Notes: generated by a model not told the origin, from the sequence alone. DNA of 33,035 bases from Candidatus Uhrbacteria bacterium (GCA_018700535.1 JABITQ010000025.1:1-33035), one strand, 5' to 3'. Shown: positions 18,107-27,665, counted from the stretch's first letter. Translations and numbers: made by a program.

Positions 18107-20371
18107 CTATAGCTCAAACGCCCCAGCATCACACACCCCAAACCGCCCAAAAGATCGCTGGTCAGCAGTTACCACTACTCCACTTACATCCGTGCAATCC
18201 GCCGCTGGGATCATATCAACTGCCGCTGAACTGCGTCGAAGTGCGTGAGTTTTGGTTGGGCCACCGTTGTGTCCGAGTGACTTCATGTTTGCACTTACAC
18301 CAAACAAATCTCCGTTTACGACACTGACATTACAACCGGCATACTCATTAATAATCGAGTACCCCAACGTATTCACAACTCCAGATGATGCATAGCAATC
18401 AGCCATTCCTGTGCCTCCGTCACGGTTTTGATCCATAACCACTGCTTTGAGGTCTACGTTTGAAGTTCTGTGTCCAAAATATCCTCCTCCACTTCCTCCA
18501 CTATATATTCCCAACAGGTTCGACTCGTTCTCAGCAATTGTTACAAACGAGAGTGTGGCGTTAGAACCATTATAGATCCCGCCCCCAAGTTTACCTGCTG
18601 TGTTGCCGCTAATTGTTGTGTTCAAGGCAACAAGCTGAACATCACTGTGCACACCACCACCAAATTGCCCCGATGCATTGTGACTGATCTCAGAGTTGGT
18701 AATACTTAATTCGTTTTTATTGTATACCCCACCTCCGTAATTACTAACAGCGTTATTTCCAAAAATCGCCGCTGTATCAATTGTTACATACGCCAGACTT
18801 GAAGTAGATACTCCACCACCACTCACAGCAGCAATGTTGCCACCAATGGTTACGTCAGAAAGCGAATGTGTTCCGTTCCCAAGGGCAAGTCCCCCACCAT
18901 AATACCCAGATACATTTCCTGAAAAATCTGAGTTCTCAACTTCTGACAAACCACTAAGCGCTGCACCTCCACCTGAAGACGTTGCTGAGTTTCCGACAAA
19001 GACTGAGTCTACGATTCGCACAGAAGAGTACGCTCCGCTTTGCACTCCTCCACCACCGCGCGAACGATTTGCATCAAATACCAAACGTTCCAAAACAGTT
19101 CTCCCTGAACCTGCGAGCAAAATCCCTCCCCCAGGACCAACAGATTGGTTTCCTTTAAACATGGTATCTCGAATTGAGCCGGTGGATGCGCTTGAAATTG
19201 CTCCACCACCAATAGGCCCTGCTGCCACATTGTCTCTAAATTCAGAGTTGAATACCTGCATCTGATTAAAGATGTCTTGATAAATCGCTCCACCATTAAG
19301 TGACTCGTTGTGAGCGAATACAGAATTGTCGATATTTAACTCGGCAGCAGAAAAGATTGCTCCTCCTTTAGCCACAGAAATGTTTCGATCAAAATACACG
19401 CGCTCAAAATTTCCAACAGATGACGAGGACATCAGTGTGATCGCAGCTCCAGAACCCAACCTCGACACATTGTCCTGAAAGAATGAATCCCGAACATCGA
19501 CTCCTCCACGACCTACACGCAAACCTCCACCTCCACCTGCGGAGTTCATTCTGAATCCGCTATATGCAACATCAAGCGTGGCGTCTTCGTTGTAAACAGC
19601 CCCACCAGAACCAGTTGCATTGTTGCTTGTAAAATCTGTCTGCGTGATTGTGATCGATCCAAAATCTCCTCGGATCGCTCCACCATCATCAGACGCATTA
19701 TTAAACTCAAATTGACTTGCAACAATATCAACGACACCACCATTGTTAAAGATAGCTCCCCCATCTCCATAAGCAGAATTATATTCAAACATCGAATTGC
19801 TGACTGAAAGGTTACCTGTGTTCGCAACACCTCCACCCACACCAGGAACTCCAGCTGACCACATGGCCATGTTTCGCGCCACGACAACTGAATCAAGAAC
19901 GAGATCTCCGTTGTTCAAAACACCTGCACCAAATTCAGTACGTCCGTTTTGAATTGTCATGTCCTGAAGAATCAACGACGCACCTGGATGCACTTCAAAT
20001 GCTCTGTCTAAATATGACGCATCGATCGCCACGTTCCTAGATCCGTTACCAACAATACGTAGTGACCCCGTTGTATCCGTAATATCAAAATCTTTATACT
20101 CTTCATCTGTCGCACCACTTGTTAAGAGCACACGATACAATCCATCGTGTTTAAACGTAATAATGTCATCACCTGGGTTTGCATTCGCTTCCCGAATCGC
20201 AGACCTAAGTGTGCACCCATTCAAATTACAGGGCCACAGTTGATCTTGATACATCGTCACCTCATACGTTGCCGCACTTACTCCCTGGGCAAAAATAAAA
20301 GATCCAAGTAAAAGGATCGGGATAACAACGAATAAACTTAGGCGAGACACTGTGTGGTTGATCAACATCAT
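18107..20371 (-). CDS. CSLREA-domain / Pmp (GGAI-FxxN) beta-helix surface protein with choice-of-anchor-Q-like C-terminus
   Basis: Signal peptide; CTLRSAI; many FxxN..GGAI repeats; C-terminal NGGPTKTHAL..SAAVD..DQR..R..CDAGAFE. Confidence 0.9.
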   Translation of the reverse strand: MMLINHTVSRLSLFVVIPILLLGSFIFAQGVSAATYEVTMYQDQLWPCNLNGCTLRSAIREANANPGDDIITFKHDGLYRVLLTSGATDEEYKDFDITDTTGSLRIVGNGSRNVAIDASYLDRAFEVHPGASLILQDMTIQNGRTEFGAGVLNNGDLVLDSVVVARNMAMWSAGVPGVGGGVANTGNLSVSNSMFEYNSAYGDGGAIFNNGGVVDIVASQFEFNNASDDGGAIRGDFGSITITQTDFTSNNATGSGGAVYNEDATLDVAYSGFRMNSAGGGGGLRVGRGGVDVRDSFFQDNVSRLGSGAAITLMSSSSVGNFERVYFDRNISVAKGGAIFSAAELNIDNSVFAHNESLNGGAIYQDIFNQMQVFNSEFRDNVAAGPIGGGAISSASTGSIRDTMFKGNQSVGPGGGILLAGSGRTVLERLVFDANRSRGGGGVQSGAYSSVRIVDSVFVGNSATSSGGGAALSGLSEVENSDFSGNVSGYYGGGLALGNGTHSLSDVTIGGNIAAVSGGGVSTSSLAYVTIDTAAIFGNNAVSNYGGGVYNKNELSITNSEISHNASGQFGGGVHSDVQLVALNTTISGNTAGKLGGGIYNGSNATLSFVTIAENESNLLGIYSGGSGGGYFGHRTSNVDLKAVVMDQNRDGGTGMADCYASSGVVNTLGYSIINEYAGCNVSVVNGDLFGVSANMKSLGHNGGPTKTHALRRSSAAVDMIPAADCTDVSGVVVTADQRSFGRFGVCDAGAFEL

Positions 20372-20558
20372 AATACAGCAAGTTAATTTGAAACGATTCT
20401 AACACAAAATTGATAAACTAAGTGTAAAAATTTAACAGCTTTTTCCCATTTTGTCAATGATTAATGCCATACTTTGTCACAATCAAAAAACTCCACAATG
20501 TGAGCAACGGACACCCTCGTACAGGGGTCGTTGCTTTATTGTGGAGCCTGGTTCTGAC

Positions 20559-21062
20559 CTAGTCACCTGTTGTGTGAGAACGATGCCCCCAACGCTCAAC
20601 CACCTTGGCTAGAAATGCTTCCCCCTTCTCAAGCATTGGTGCATCGCGTGTCGACACGTTGTCAGGAAGCCGAGCGCGGAGGAACCTTTGCTCAAACTGC
20701 TCAGTGACTTCTCTTGGAAGAGTGATGAACATCTCCTCGAGTCTCCTTGCATTCCTAGCTCGAAGCTCCATTGGGTAATCTGGATCGATGGCCCCTACAA
20801 AGAAGATGAGGAAGGTTCTCTGGTGATAATGCTTCAGCATCAAATACTTGAGTGGATCGTAGGGATGCTCGCCAGGCTCATCCACTGTGATGGTATCGGC
20901 AGGTTGAAGCCACATTCGAACATATGCATTGTCTCTGGTGGAAGGTGCTGTTTCAACCTTGCCATCAACCACCTCAAATAAATGAATCACGCCGTCGCGT
21001 TCTCGAACCGCCGCTCGACAAGCTCTTTCGTTGAACATTCCAATTCGACCTTGAACACTCAT
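20559..21062 (-). CDS. Hypothetical protein (cassette-type)
   Basis: GGAGG RBS before ATG 21062; TTGACA-N17-TATTTT; long bulged hairpin about 20485-20546. Confidence 0.7.
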   Translation of the reverse strand: MSVQGRIGMFNERACRAAVRERDGVIHLFEVVDGKVETAPSTRDNAYVRMWLQPADTITVDEPGEHPYDPLKYLMLKHYHQRTFLIFFVGAIDPDYPMELRARNARRLEEMFITLPREVTEQFEQRFLRARLPDNVSTRDAPMLEKGEAFLAKVVERWGHRSHTTGD

Positions 21063-21186
21063 GAATGCCTCCAATTGGACTTAGAAAATATACTCGCGAA
21101 AGCGTTTTGTCAACCCATGTAGACCAAGAATGATTGACCCAACATCACATCAATGCTAGTTTGACTTGTCATTTCATTTGACCCGC

Positions 21187-21206
21187 TTAGCTGAGGTTAG
21201 CTGAGG
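21187..21206 (+). repeat. Perfect 10-bp tandem repeat (TTAGCTGAGG x2) in 5' UTR
   Basis: Read directly, just upstream of the GGAGG RBS. Confidence 0.85.
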
Positions 21207-21218
21207 CTGGAGGCGCAC

Positions 21219-21893
21219 ATGCCCCTTATTGTTGGCATGAACATTCATGATTCTGCTGAGGTCGAGTGGCGAACAGCGTTAGGTGACGTGATCGAAAAGT
21301 TCACCATGTGGTTTTGGGGACTCAAGACCGACGACGTGACCTGCTTCTTTGCGCACGACCCATCAGTGCCCCCTGGCGCCGTTGCAACCTTCACCGTCGA
21401 GCTGTTGTTCAACAAAGACGGTAGATCATCCGAGCGACGCCATCAGTTCTCAAAGGAGCTTGGTGAGAAGCTTGAGATAGCCGTCCGCGAGATCCGCTGC
21501 AGACTTGATGACAAGCCCCCGAGCGACCTCGAAGCCGTACGTGTCGAGGTTGCCTGCAAGCCCTTTGACCACGAACACAATGGGTTCTACATCACACCAA
21601 AGCCCGACGAGACCAGCTCTGAAGATACCGAGCTTATCCAGTCTCTCTCAAAACGACTTGATCAACTGGAGATCACTCCACGTACACTCAAATGTCTGGC
21701 AGAATTCAAGCGCGCCAATCTGGTCTATGTCTGGCAGTTGGCACAGATGACTGAATCAGAGGCATTGAAAATTCCAGACTTTGGCAAAAAGTCGAAGAAC
21801 GAGATGATAGAGATTCTCGCCCAGATGGAATTGCGCTTTGGCATGAGTCTTCATGACATGCGCGATCAGCTCCCATCCACCCCCGAAGATTGA
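21219..21893 (+). CDS. Fusion: N-terminal tautomerase-like region + RNA polymerase alpha C-terminal domain
   Basis: C-terminal LDQLEITPRTLKCL...VWQLAQMTESEALKIPDFGKKSKNEMIEIL...FGM matches the RpoA CTD; N-terminal Met-Pro with VELLF..GRS.E pattern. Confidence 0.75.
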   Translation: MPLIVGMNIHDSAEVEWRTALGDVIEKFTMWFWGLKTDDVTCFFAHDPSVPPGAVATFTVELLFNKDGRSSERRHQFSKELGEKLEIAVREIRCRLDDKPPSDLEAVRVEVACKPFDHEHNGFYITPKPDETSSEDTELIQSLSKRLDQLEITPRTLKCLAEFKRANLVYVWQLAQMTESEALKIPDFGKKSKNEMIEILAQMELRFGMSLHDMRDQLPSTPED

Positions 21894-22057
21894 CCTAGCT
21901 ACGGCCGTTCACCATCTGGTGGGCGGCTCTTTTGTTTAGAACGATTCAATGTAAGTTAAAAAAGCTTTCGACCGATAGATTGACAACTAAGTAATATTTA
22001 AGTAAAAACTGAAGTCGTTGTATTCTCTGAATCTCGACGTCATCACTCGGAGCAATC

Positions 22058-22564
22058 ATGCACAAGCTGACCCATCTCATCTTCGCAATCCCTTTTCTGG
22101 CTTCATGTACCAGCGATTCGCCATCGACAGATTCGCCCACAAGCGAAATTCCATCATCCGCAAAGCTTGCGAACGTACCCAAGTCACTACAGGAGACCGC
22201 GACGTATTACTACGATAATACACCTGCATCCGAGCTTCCTGGCTACCAAGACTCGCTCGCAGCATTCATGGAAGTTCGTAGCGAAGTGATCTGCTTCGGT
22301 ATGCTCGAAAATGATCGTTGGACCGTGTTCCTACGCGACACTGACCCAGCTATCGTCACAGCTTCCATCTCAGACCCTTCTGATCACGATCTGTACATCG
22401 TCATCCGCGATATGCAATACCACTTGGGATGCAATACCATCGCAGTCTCTTCAAGCGGTAAGGAACTGAGGGTCTTTAGCGGAGAAGTGATGAGCATCTC
22501 GATTGACAACAGTATTGCTGTTGTCACATCACACCCAATGCTTCCGCAACAATTCCCGCTCTAG
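22058..22564 (+). CDS. Putative lipoprotein with Ser/Pro linker
   Basis: GGAG RBS; lipobox LASC; SDSPSTDSP linker. Confidence 0.7.
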   Translation: MHKLTHLIFAIPFLASCTSDSPSTDSPTSEIPSSAKLANVPKSLQETATYYYDNTPASELPGYQDSLAAFMEVRSEVICFGMLENDRWTVFLRDTDPAIVTASISDPSDHDLYIVIRDMQYHLGCNTIAVSSSGKELRVFSGEVMSISIDNSIAVVTSHPMLPQQFPL

Positions 22565-22679
22565 TGCACACGGCACTCCTGCTCAAACGGCATCTCTAGC
22601 TTGGTGTCGTTTTTTGATACCCAACAAATACCAAACAAAAATACTGACCCAAGTGATGGATCAGTAGCGAGTCTGTGAC

Positions 22680-23288
22680 TCAGTCTGCGTCGGTTGTCTC
22701 CGCCAGCTTGGCGAATGCAAGACGTCTTCCAGGATTCAGAGGCCTCATGATGTGGTTCGCATTTCCTCTGTAGAAAGGAACGCGAAGGGTGAGTTGGCCG
22801 TAGAATAGCTCGTGGTATTCAGGCCCAACCTTCATGGATTGCACACACACAAATGCGTTCAGCACCTCCCCGTCAACGGTCTGGACAACAACTCTGTCAC
22901 CGTCTTTCAGGCGCTTGCCACCCAACGCAAATCGACGAGTTGCCTTGTCGTATTCGAGGGGCATTCCGGCACTTTTGAGATGCTCGGGGTCCCCGAGCGA
23001 ACTGCGAAAACTCACGATCATCCCCCGTGTCAATTCACATGTAAACTGAATGAAGTGGGCATGCATTTGGAAGTAGTAGCTACCCTCCCGACCATACCTT
23101 CCTGCCTTACCAGTCAAACGCACTTTATCGGCACACTGAATGACAATGTGCTTACCTGAGACAAACACATCCCCGATAACCCACGCGGTATTACCAGGCT
23201 GTTTACCCTCTTTACAATCAAAGATCCCGATTTGGGTGTGTCGTGCAAGTTCGTCTTCTGGTCGATCAGCAAATGCTGTATCCGACAT
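22680..23288 (-). CDS. Hypothetical protein (C-terminus weakly DUF5348-like)
   Basis: AGGAGG RBS before ATG 23288; TTGACT-N17-TATTTT; LEYD...RF...LKDGDRVVV pattern. Confidence 0.65.
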   Translation of the reverse strand: MSDTAFADRPEDELARHTQIGIFDCKEGKQPGNTAWVIGDVFVSGKHIVIQCADKVRLTGKAGRYGREGSYYFQMHAHFIQFTCELTRGMIVSFRSSLGDPEHLKSAGMPLEYDKATRRFALGGKRLKDGDRVVVQTVDGEVLNAFVCVQSMKVGPEYHELFYGQLTLRVPFYRGNANHIMRPLNPGRRLAFAKLAETTDAD

Positions 23289-23379
23289 CTGTTCCTCCTG
23301 GTGTAAATGAGAAATCATCGACAAAGCAAAATAATACACACAGATCGTTTAGTCAATACCTGAGATGCTCATGTCAACG

Positions 23380-23679
23380 TTATAAACGAAGTTTTATTTG
23401 GATCTGTATTGTTGATCCATCACGAATGGATTCTTTTTTTCTGATTTTTGCCTTGAGTGGCAAAACAAATGTCTTGGTTTTTGAATCTGGGAAGATTGAT
23501 GTGTTCCAGACAGAGCTCCCAACAGTTACCTCAACTGGTAACGACCCCCAACCGCGTTTTGCCTTTTTGAATCGTTCGTGAATGTCAGCGCTCATGTCTT
23601 TTGGTAAGCCTGCAAAAAACCACTTAGCAGGCCCATCGTACATCCAGACGTTTGAAATAAATGTAAATTTAGTTTTCAT
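23380..23679 (-). CDS. DUF1905 domain protein
   Basis: W.F..LP, RGWGSLPVEVTVG..WNTSIFPD, FVLPLKAKIRKKE motifs. Confidence 0.85.
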   Translation of the reverse strand: MKTKFTFISNVWMYDGPAKWFFAGLPKDMSADIHERFKKAKRGWGSLPVEVTVGSSVWNTSIFPDSKTKTFVLPLKAKIRKKESIRDGSTIQIQIKLRL

Positions 23680-23690
23680 AACAGTCACTC

Positions 23691-23882
23691 TCAAAGAATA
23701 TGTTGCACACGCCCAACCTCCCCCGTATCAAGCCGCACCTTGATCCCACGCGGATGATCTCGTTTGCTCGTCAAAATATCTTGAACAAACCCTTGCGTTA
23801 ATTTCCCTGTACGCTGATCTGCCTTTAGGACGATTGCCACATAAAGACCAGAGCGTATGTTTGTTCGTTTTGTGTTAGGCAT
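23691..23882 (-). CDS. ywbE: YwbE family protein (DUF2196)
   Basis: IVLKADQRTGKLTQG.V.DILT...HPRGIKVRL..G.VGRV signature. Confidence 0.9.
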   Translation of the reverse strand: MPNTKRTNIRSGLYVAIVLKADQRTGKLTQGFVQDILTSKRDHPRGIKVRLDTGEVGRVQHIL

Positions 23883-24121
23883 AATTGTATTGTCTCTATT
23901 GCAATCTTACCCTTTTCCGACTTCTTCGAATAGAAACTCGAAGAAGCTCTTGTGCCGCAGATACAACACAAAAGAAGAAACACTTGCAGCTACTCAGCGC
24001 TAGCTCCCCTCCTCCTCATCGCGCTGATGAGGAGGTTTTCGTTTTCAAAACAAAAACCCCACCTTTCAAGAAGGTGGGGCCGCGTGCGTTGGGGTTGTGT
24101 ACTTACCCCATGTTCGTTTTT

Positions 24122-24928
24122 CTAGAGGTTCAATCCGTCTCTGATCGACTCGACCGACATGCCTCCACGCTCCGAGAGTGCTTTGAACAATTCGGACGTT
24201 TGCGAAGGATCGCTAGGGAGGCGCCCTGCCATTTGGTCCATGAACTCGATGACGCTCTTTCGCGTCATGACCTTGATCAGCTCCAACATGAGTGTAAGGA
24301 ACCTCCTCAGATCATATGGGTCAAGCGCCCCATCGTTGATGCCATACCTCACTTGAAACAGCTCTGCCGCATACTTCACAACAGCTTCCTGAGAAAGCGC
24401 GCTGATCATGCATTGACGAGTCTCCTGATCGAGCTTTCTTGTATCTGCTCGTCTGACCGGCACACTTGCTTTTATTCGTCGAAGCAAGACATCACCCGCT
24501 CCTTCGCCAAGGCGATTGATGAAGGGCTCCATGAACACGAAGTCCATATTCCCATTCAAAACCACCCGCTCATTCGAGTCTTCCAAATATTCTTCAACAT
24601 GCCAGCTGATGAAAGAGCTGACGTCTGCCACATGACTGGCCATCGCTTCAGCGTCGACGAAATCGTCAATACTTGGATTCAGCCAACCGGCCTTGATGTC
24701 ACAGGCAGCGACAACGACTAGACCACCAAGACCTGTCCATTTGGTCGCCACCACACCAGCACCTGCAGGCACACGAGCCGCAACCAACTTGCTGCGAACA
24801 ACCCGTTTGATGAACAGATCGCTGTCTCCCGCCTTGTAGTGTTCAGGAGTCACGATCCCTGCATAGGGCTTGTTATCACCCTCAGTGATTATGACAACAA
24901 AATTTCGATTGAATACAGCAGAACTCAT
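24122..24928 (-). CDS. Hypothetical protein, paralog of 16637-17602
   Basis: Protein similarity plus shared 5' leader; GGAG RBS before ATG 24928; TTGACA-N17-TAGTTT. Confidence 0.8.
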   Translation of the reverse strand: MSSAVFNRNFVVIITEGDNKPYAGIVTPEHYKAGDSDLFIKRVVRSKLVAARVPAGAGVVATKWTGLGGLVVVAACDIKAGWLNPSIDDFVDAEAMASHVADVSSFISWHVEEYLEDSNERVVLNGNMDFVFMEPFINRLGEGAGDVLLRRIKASVPVRRADTRKLDQETRQCMISALSQEAVVKYAAELFQVRYGINDGALDPYDLRRFLTLMLELIKVMTRKSVIEFMDQMAGRLPSDPSQTSELFKALSERGGMSVESIRDGLNL

Positions 24929-25125
24929 CACCAACTCCGAGCTTGTGGAAGATCCACGTTTTGAGATTCACTTGCCTATTGAAAGAACACGGGGAAAACT
25001 AACATTGAGCAAAGGGATTGTCAATGTAAGACCATTGACAATAGTCCTGTAAATACATACAGTCCTGGGTCTTCTAGCGGAAATTTTATCCACGTCGAAG
25101 ACAAGATCATTTCAAGAGGTGAACG

Positions 25126-26244
25126 ATGAGTGAGTCATTCGTTAAAAGCGTTGTGCGAGTTGGTGTTTTCCCTGGCAACAAACCTGGATTCTTCGGAGTC
25201 GTGACAGAGTGGGGCCAAAACACGGCAATGGTTCGACGTTTTGCCAGCGACGGTGCTGATGAGCACATCTCTGTGCCAAGAGCTACGGTGAGCATACAGA
25301 TGCTGCCCGGTGCTGGGCCACAAAGTGTCCTTTTCAATCACCTCACTTCCAAAGATGAGCACCTGGCAACTTTGAGCAGGCCAGAGGTGATCGTCACGTT
25401 AGCTGAACGCACCAAGCTCCTTACGCACCGTGAAAAAATGGAAGCAGTGATCCTTGCCGACGTTGTCAGACCGATCACGCTTGCGTTGATGGAAAAGATC
25501 AAGAATCCTGAACTGCGCCTTTGGGTACTCATAGACCCGCGAGTGAGCGATCTGGCATTGCACATGGCGGAAACTGCGAGCAAGGCAGAACTCTGCAATG
25601 CATCAATCAGGATGTACGGAGAATGTGTCAATGACAACGTGCAGCACCCCCACTGCTTCACAAGACTGAATACGTTTCTGGATTCGTTAAGATTCGAACC
25701 AGCTGAGCTGGAAAGGTTCTTCGCAACCGTGACAGTAGCTCCGGGCTCGGAAGACGTACACAATACCTGGGTGCGTTGCATGACAACAGGTCTGGCTCTC
25801 ACGTACTGCCGCTACCTTCAGCGCACCGGCGGTTCTCTTCCAGCACGTCTCCATGTTCTAGACGTTCATCTGCCGAGAACTGAAGAGGTGCGTAAAGTTC
25901 CGCTGACACCTGAACTGCTGTCCGGAATCCTCACTGACGATGCACCGATTGAAGTGATCCAGATGGTGCGCTATGGAATGACCCGGGATGCAGCGGTCAA
26001 GTTCCTGACGAGCAGTGACGCACGCGTCAATCTTGTCATGAGACTGACGGCCCTGTTGTTCTTGAGCAAACAAGCATTCTTCGACAGATGTCTATTAGAA
26101 CTACGAACGGTCATGAGCCCCATGGTTGCCCAAGCGGTAATCACTGCCGGGGACGCACATGCCAACCACGACGTGTTTGCGTATGGCGTGGATAAGCTCA
26201 GGGTTGAGTTTCAAAATCAGGCTTCACAACCTCCCTCCGAATAA
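25126..26244 (+). CDS. Hypothetical protein, tandem paralog 1
   Basis: Shares SVPRAT.SI, LF.HLT.K..HL.TL..P.VI, MEAV..ADV, LR.WVL.DP.V, LTDDAPIEVI, HAN..VF with the next gene. Confidence 0.85.
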   Translation: MSESFVKSVVRVGVFPGNKPGFFGVVTEWGQNTAMVRRFASDGADEHISVPRATVSIQMLPGAGPQSVLFNHLTSKDEHLATLSRPEVIVTLAERTKLLTHREKMEAVILADVVRPITLALMEKIKNPELRLWVLIDPRVSDLALHMAETASKAELCNASIRMYGECVNDNVQHPHCFTRLNTFLDSLRFEPAELERFFATVTVAPGSEDVHNTWVRCMTTGLALTYCRYLQRTGGSLPARLHVLDVHLPRTEEVRKVPLTPELLSGILTDDAPIEVIQMVRYGMTRDAAVKFLTSSDARVNLVMRLTALLFLSKQAFFDRCLLELRTVMSPMVAQAVITAGDAHANHDVFAYGVDKLRVEFQNQASQPPSE

Positions 26245-26488
26245 CGTAGGAGGATTCATAGCAGTTGGTACGACACCAGCTGCTATTTTGTTTGCAGAGT
26301 TTTATTGAAGGTTACAACAACCACCCCAAACCCCTCCTTCCCCATACGTAAAAGGAGGGGCCTCGGAGTCGGAATAGCTGTTCCGGCATAGTGGTTCCAT
26401 TGACAAAAACGTCAAAAATACATATGGTCCCGGGTCTTCTAGTGGGATTTATCCATGTTGAAGATACAATCATTTCAAGAGGTGAACG

Positions 26489-27595
26489 ATGAGTGAAGTA
26501 TACACAGCACTCGCAACTACCACTGTGCTCATTGGGGATTCACCCAGTGGCAACCCCGACTTTTTCGGACAAGTGGTGGAGATCGACAGCATGTCGGCGT
26601 TGGTAAGCTGCATCATCTCCGATGGTGAATACCAGCTTGTATCTGTGCCAAGAGCAACAATGAGCATCAGGGTGATGGGTAGTGGAGGAAGTAGGCACAC
26701 ACTCTTTCACCACCTCACCAACAAAGGCTCTCATCTCAATACCCTGAAAGATCCGACCGTGATCACAAAGCTGGCCAAGAAGACTGGTCTGTTGGATGAT
26801 CGTGAGATGATGGAAGCAGTGTTGATCGCCGACGTATTGGACGTGGTTACACTTGCTCTGCTGAATGCCATCACAGATCCAGACCTGCGCTTTTGGGTAC
26901 TGACAGACCCAAGTGTAGATGACTTGGCTGCAGACATGAGAGGCATCGCGAGTAAACAAGAGGTTTGTGACGCAGCCATCAAACTCTACGAACAACTCGA
27001 TGGTGAACTCATAGGTAGGCCCCCCATCTACAAAACACTTCTCGCGTGCCTGCGCACAGTAGTGGAAGATCAAGATGAGATGGTGAGGTTTATCGAAACC
27101 GTCGTAGACTTTCAAGATTCGGAAATCATTCACAATGCCGTTGTGCGTGGCATGGATGAGAATCTTGCCTTGAGGTGCTACACATGTCTTCAGGCCAGTG
27201 GCAGCTCTCTGCAAACACGTCTGCTCATTCTGGAACACCATCTACCAACCATGGAAATTACAAGCCATGAAGCACTTGCTGTATTCCTTACCGATGACGC
27301 ACCAATCGAGGTGATCATCGCAGCTGCTGAGAAGATGAATCACCAAGTATCCTATTTGATCGTGTTGGATAAACAATCTACTTCTATCATGAGGATGGCA
27401 GCTCTATGGAGACTCAGCAAGTTTGAAAATCACCCAGAATTCCTCGTTGCCGCACACAAAAAGATGAGCCCTGAACTTCTCCAGGAAGCATTCGCAACTG
27501 TGGAAACACATGCCAATAGCGGTGTGTTTGCTGATGTAATAGCAACACTCAAGATCATGTCTGAAGCCCAGGCTTCAGACCCACCCTCCGCATAA
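26489..27595 (+). CDS. Hypothetical protein, tandem paralog 2
   Basis: See paralog 1; TTGACA(26400)-N17-TATGGT promoter. Confidence 0.85.
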   Translation: MSEVYTALATTTVLIGDSPSGNPDFFGQVVEIDSMSALVSCIISDGEYQLVSVPRATMSIRVMGSGGSRHTLFHHLTNKGSHLNTLKDPTVITKLAKKTGLLDDREMMEAVLIADVLDVVTLALLNAITDPDLRFWVLTDPSVDDLAADMRGIASKQEVCDAAIKLYEQLDGELIGRPPIYKTLLACLRTVVEDQDEMVRFIETVVDFQDSEIIHNAVVRGMDENLALRCYTCLQASGSSLQTRLLILEHHLPTMEITSHEALAVFLTDDAPIEVIIAAAEKMNHQVSYLIVLDKQSTSIMRMAALWRLSKFENHPEFLVAAHKKMSPELLQEAFATVETHANSGVFADVIATLKIMSEAQASDPPSA

Positions 27596-27665
27596 CGCAG
27601 GAGGTCCATAGCAGTTGGTACGACACCAACTGCTATTTTGTTTGTGGAGTTTTGAACAAATTTGA

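Noticed and set aside
21219-21893. Bona fide rpoA
   Set aside because: Lacks the alpha N-terminal assembly domain and the rpsK/rpsD/rplQ context.
23885-24721. 278-aa plus-strand ORF
   Set aside because: Antisense shadow of the 24122-24928 paralog; crosses two terminators; no RBS.
25126-27595. Diversity-generating retroelement TR/VR pair
   Set aside because: Differences span the whole ORFs and are not adenine-specific; no reverse transcriptase seen.
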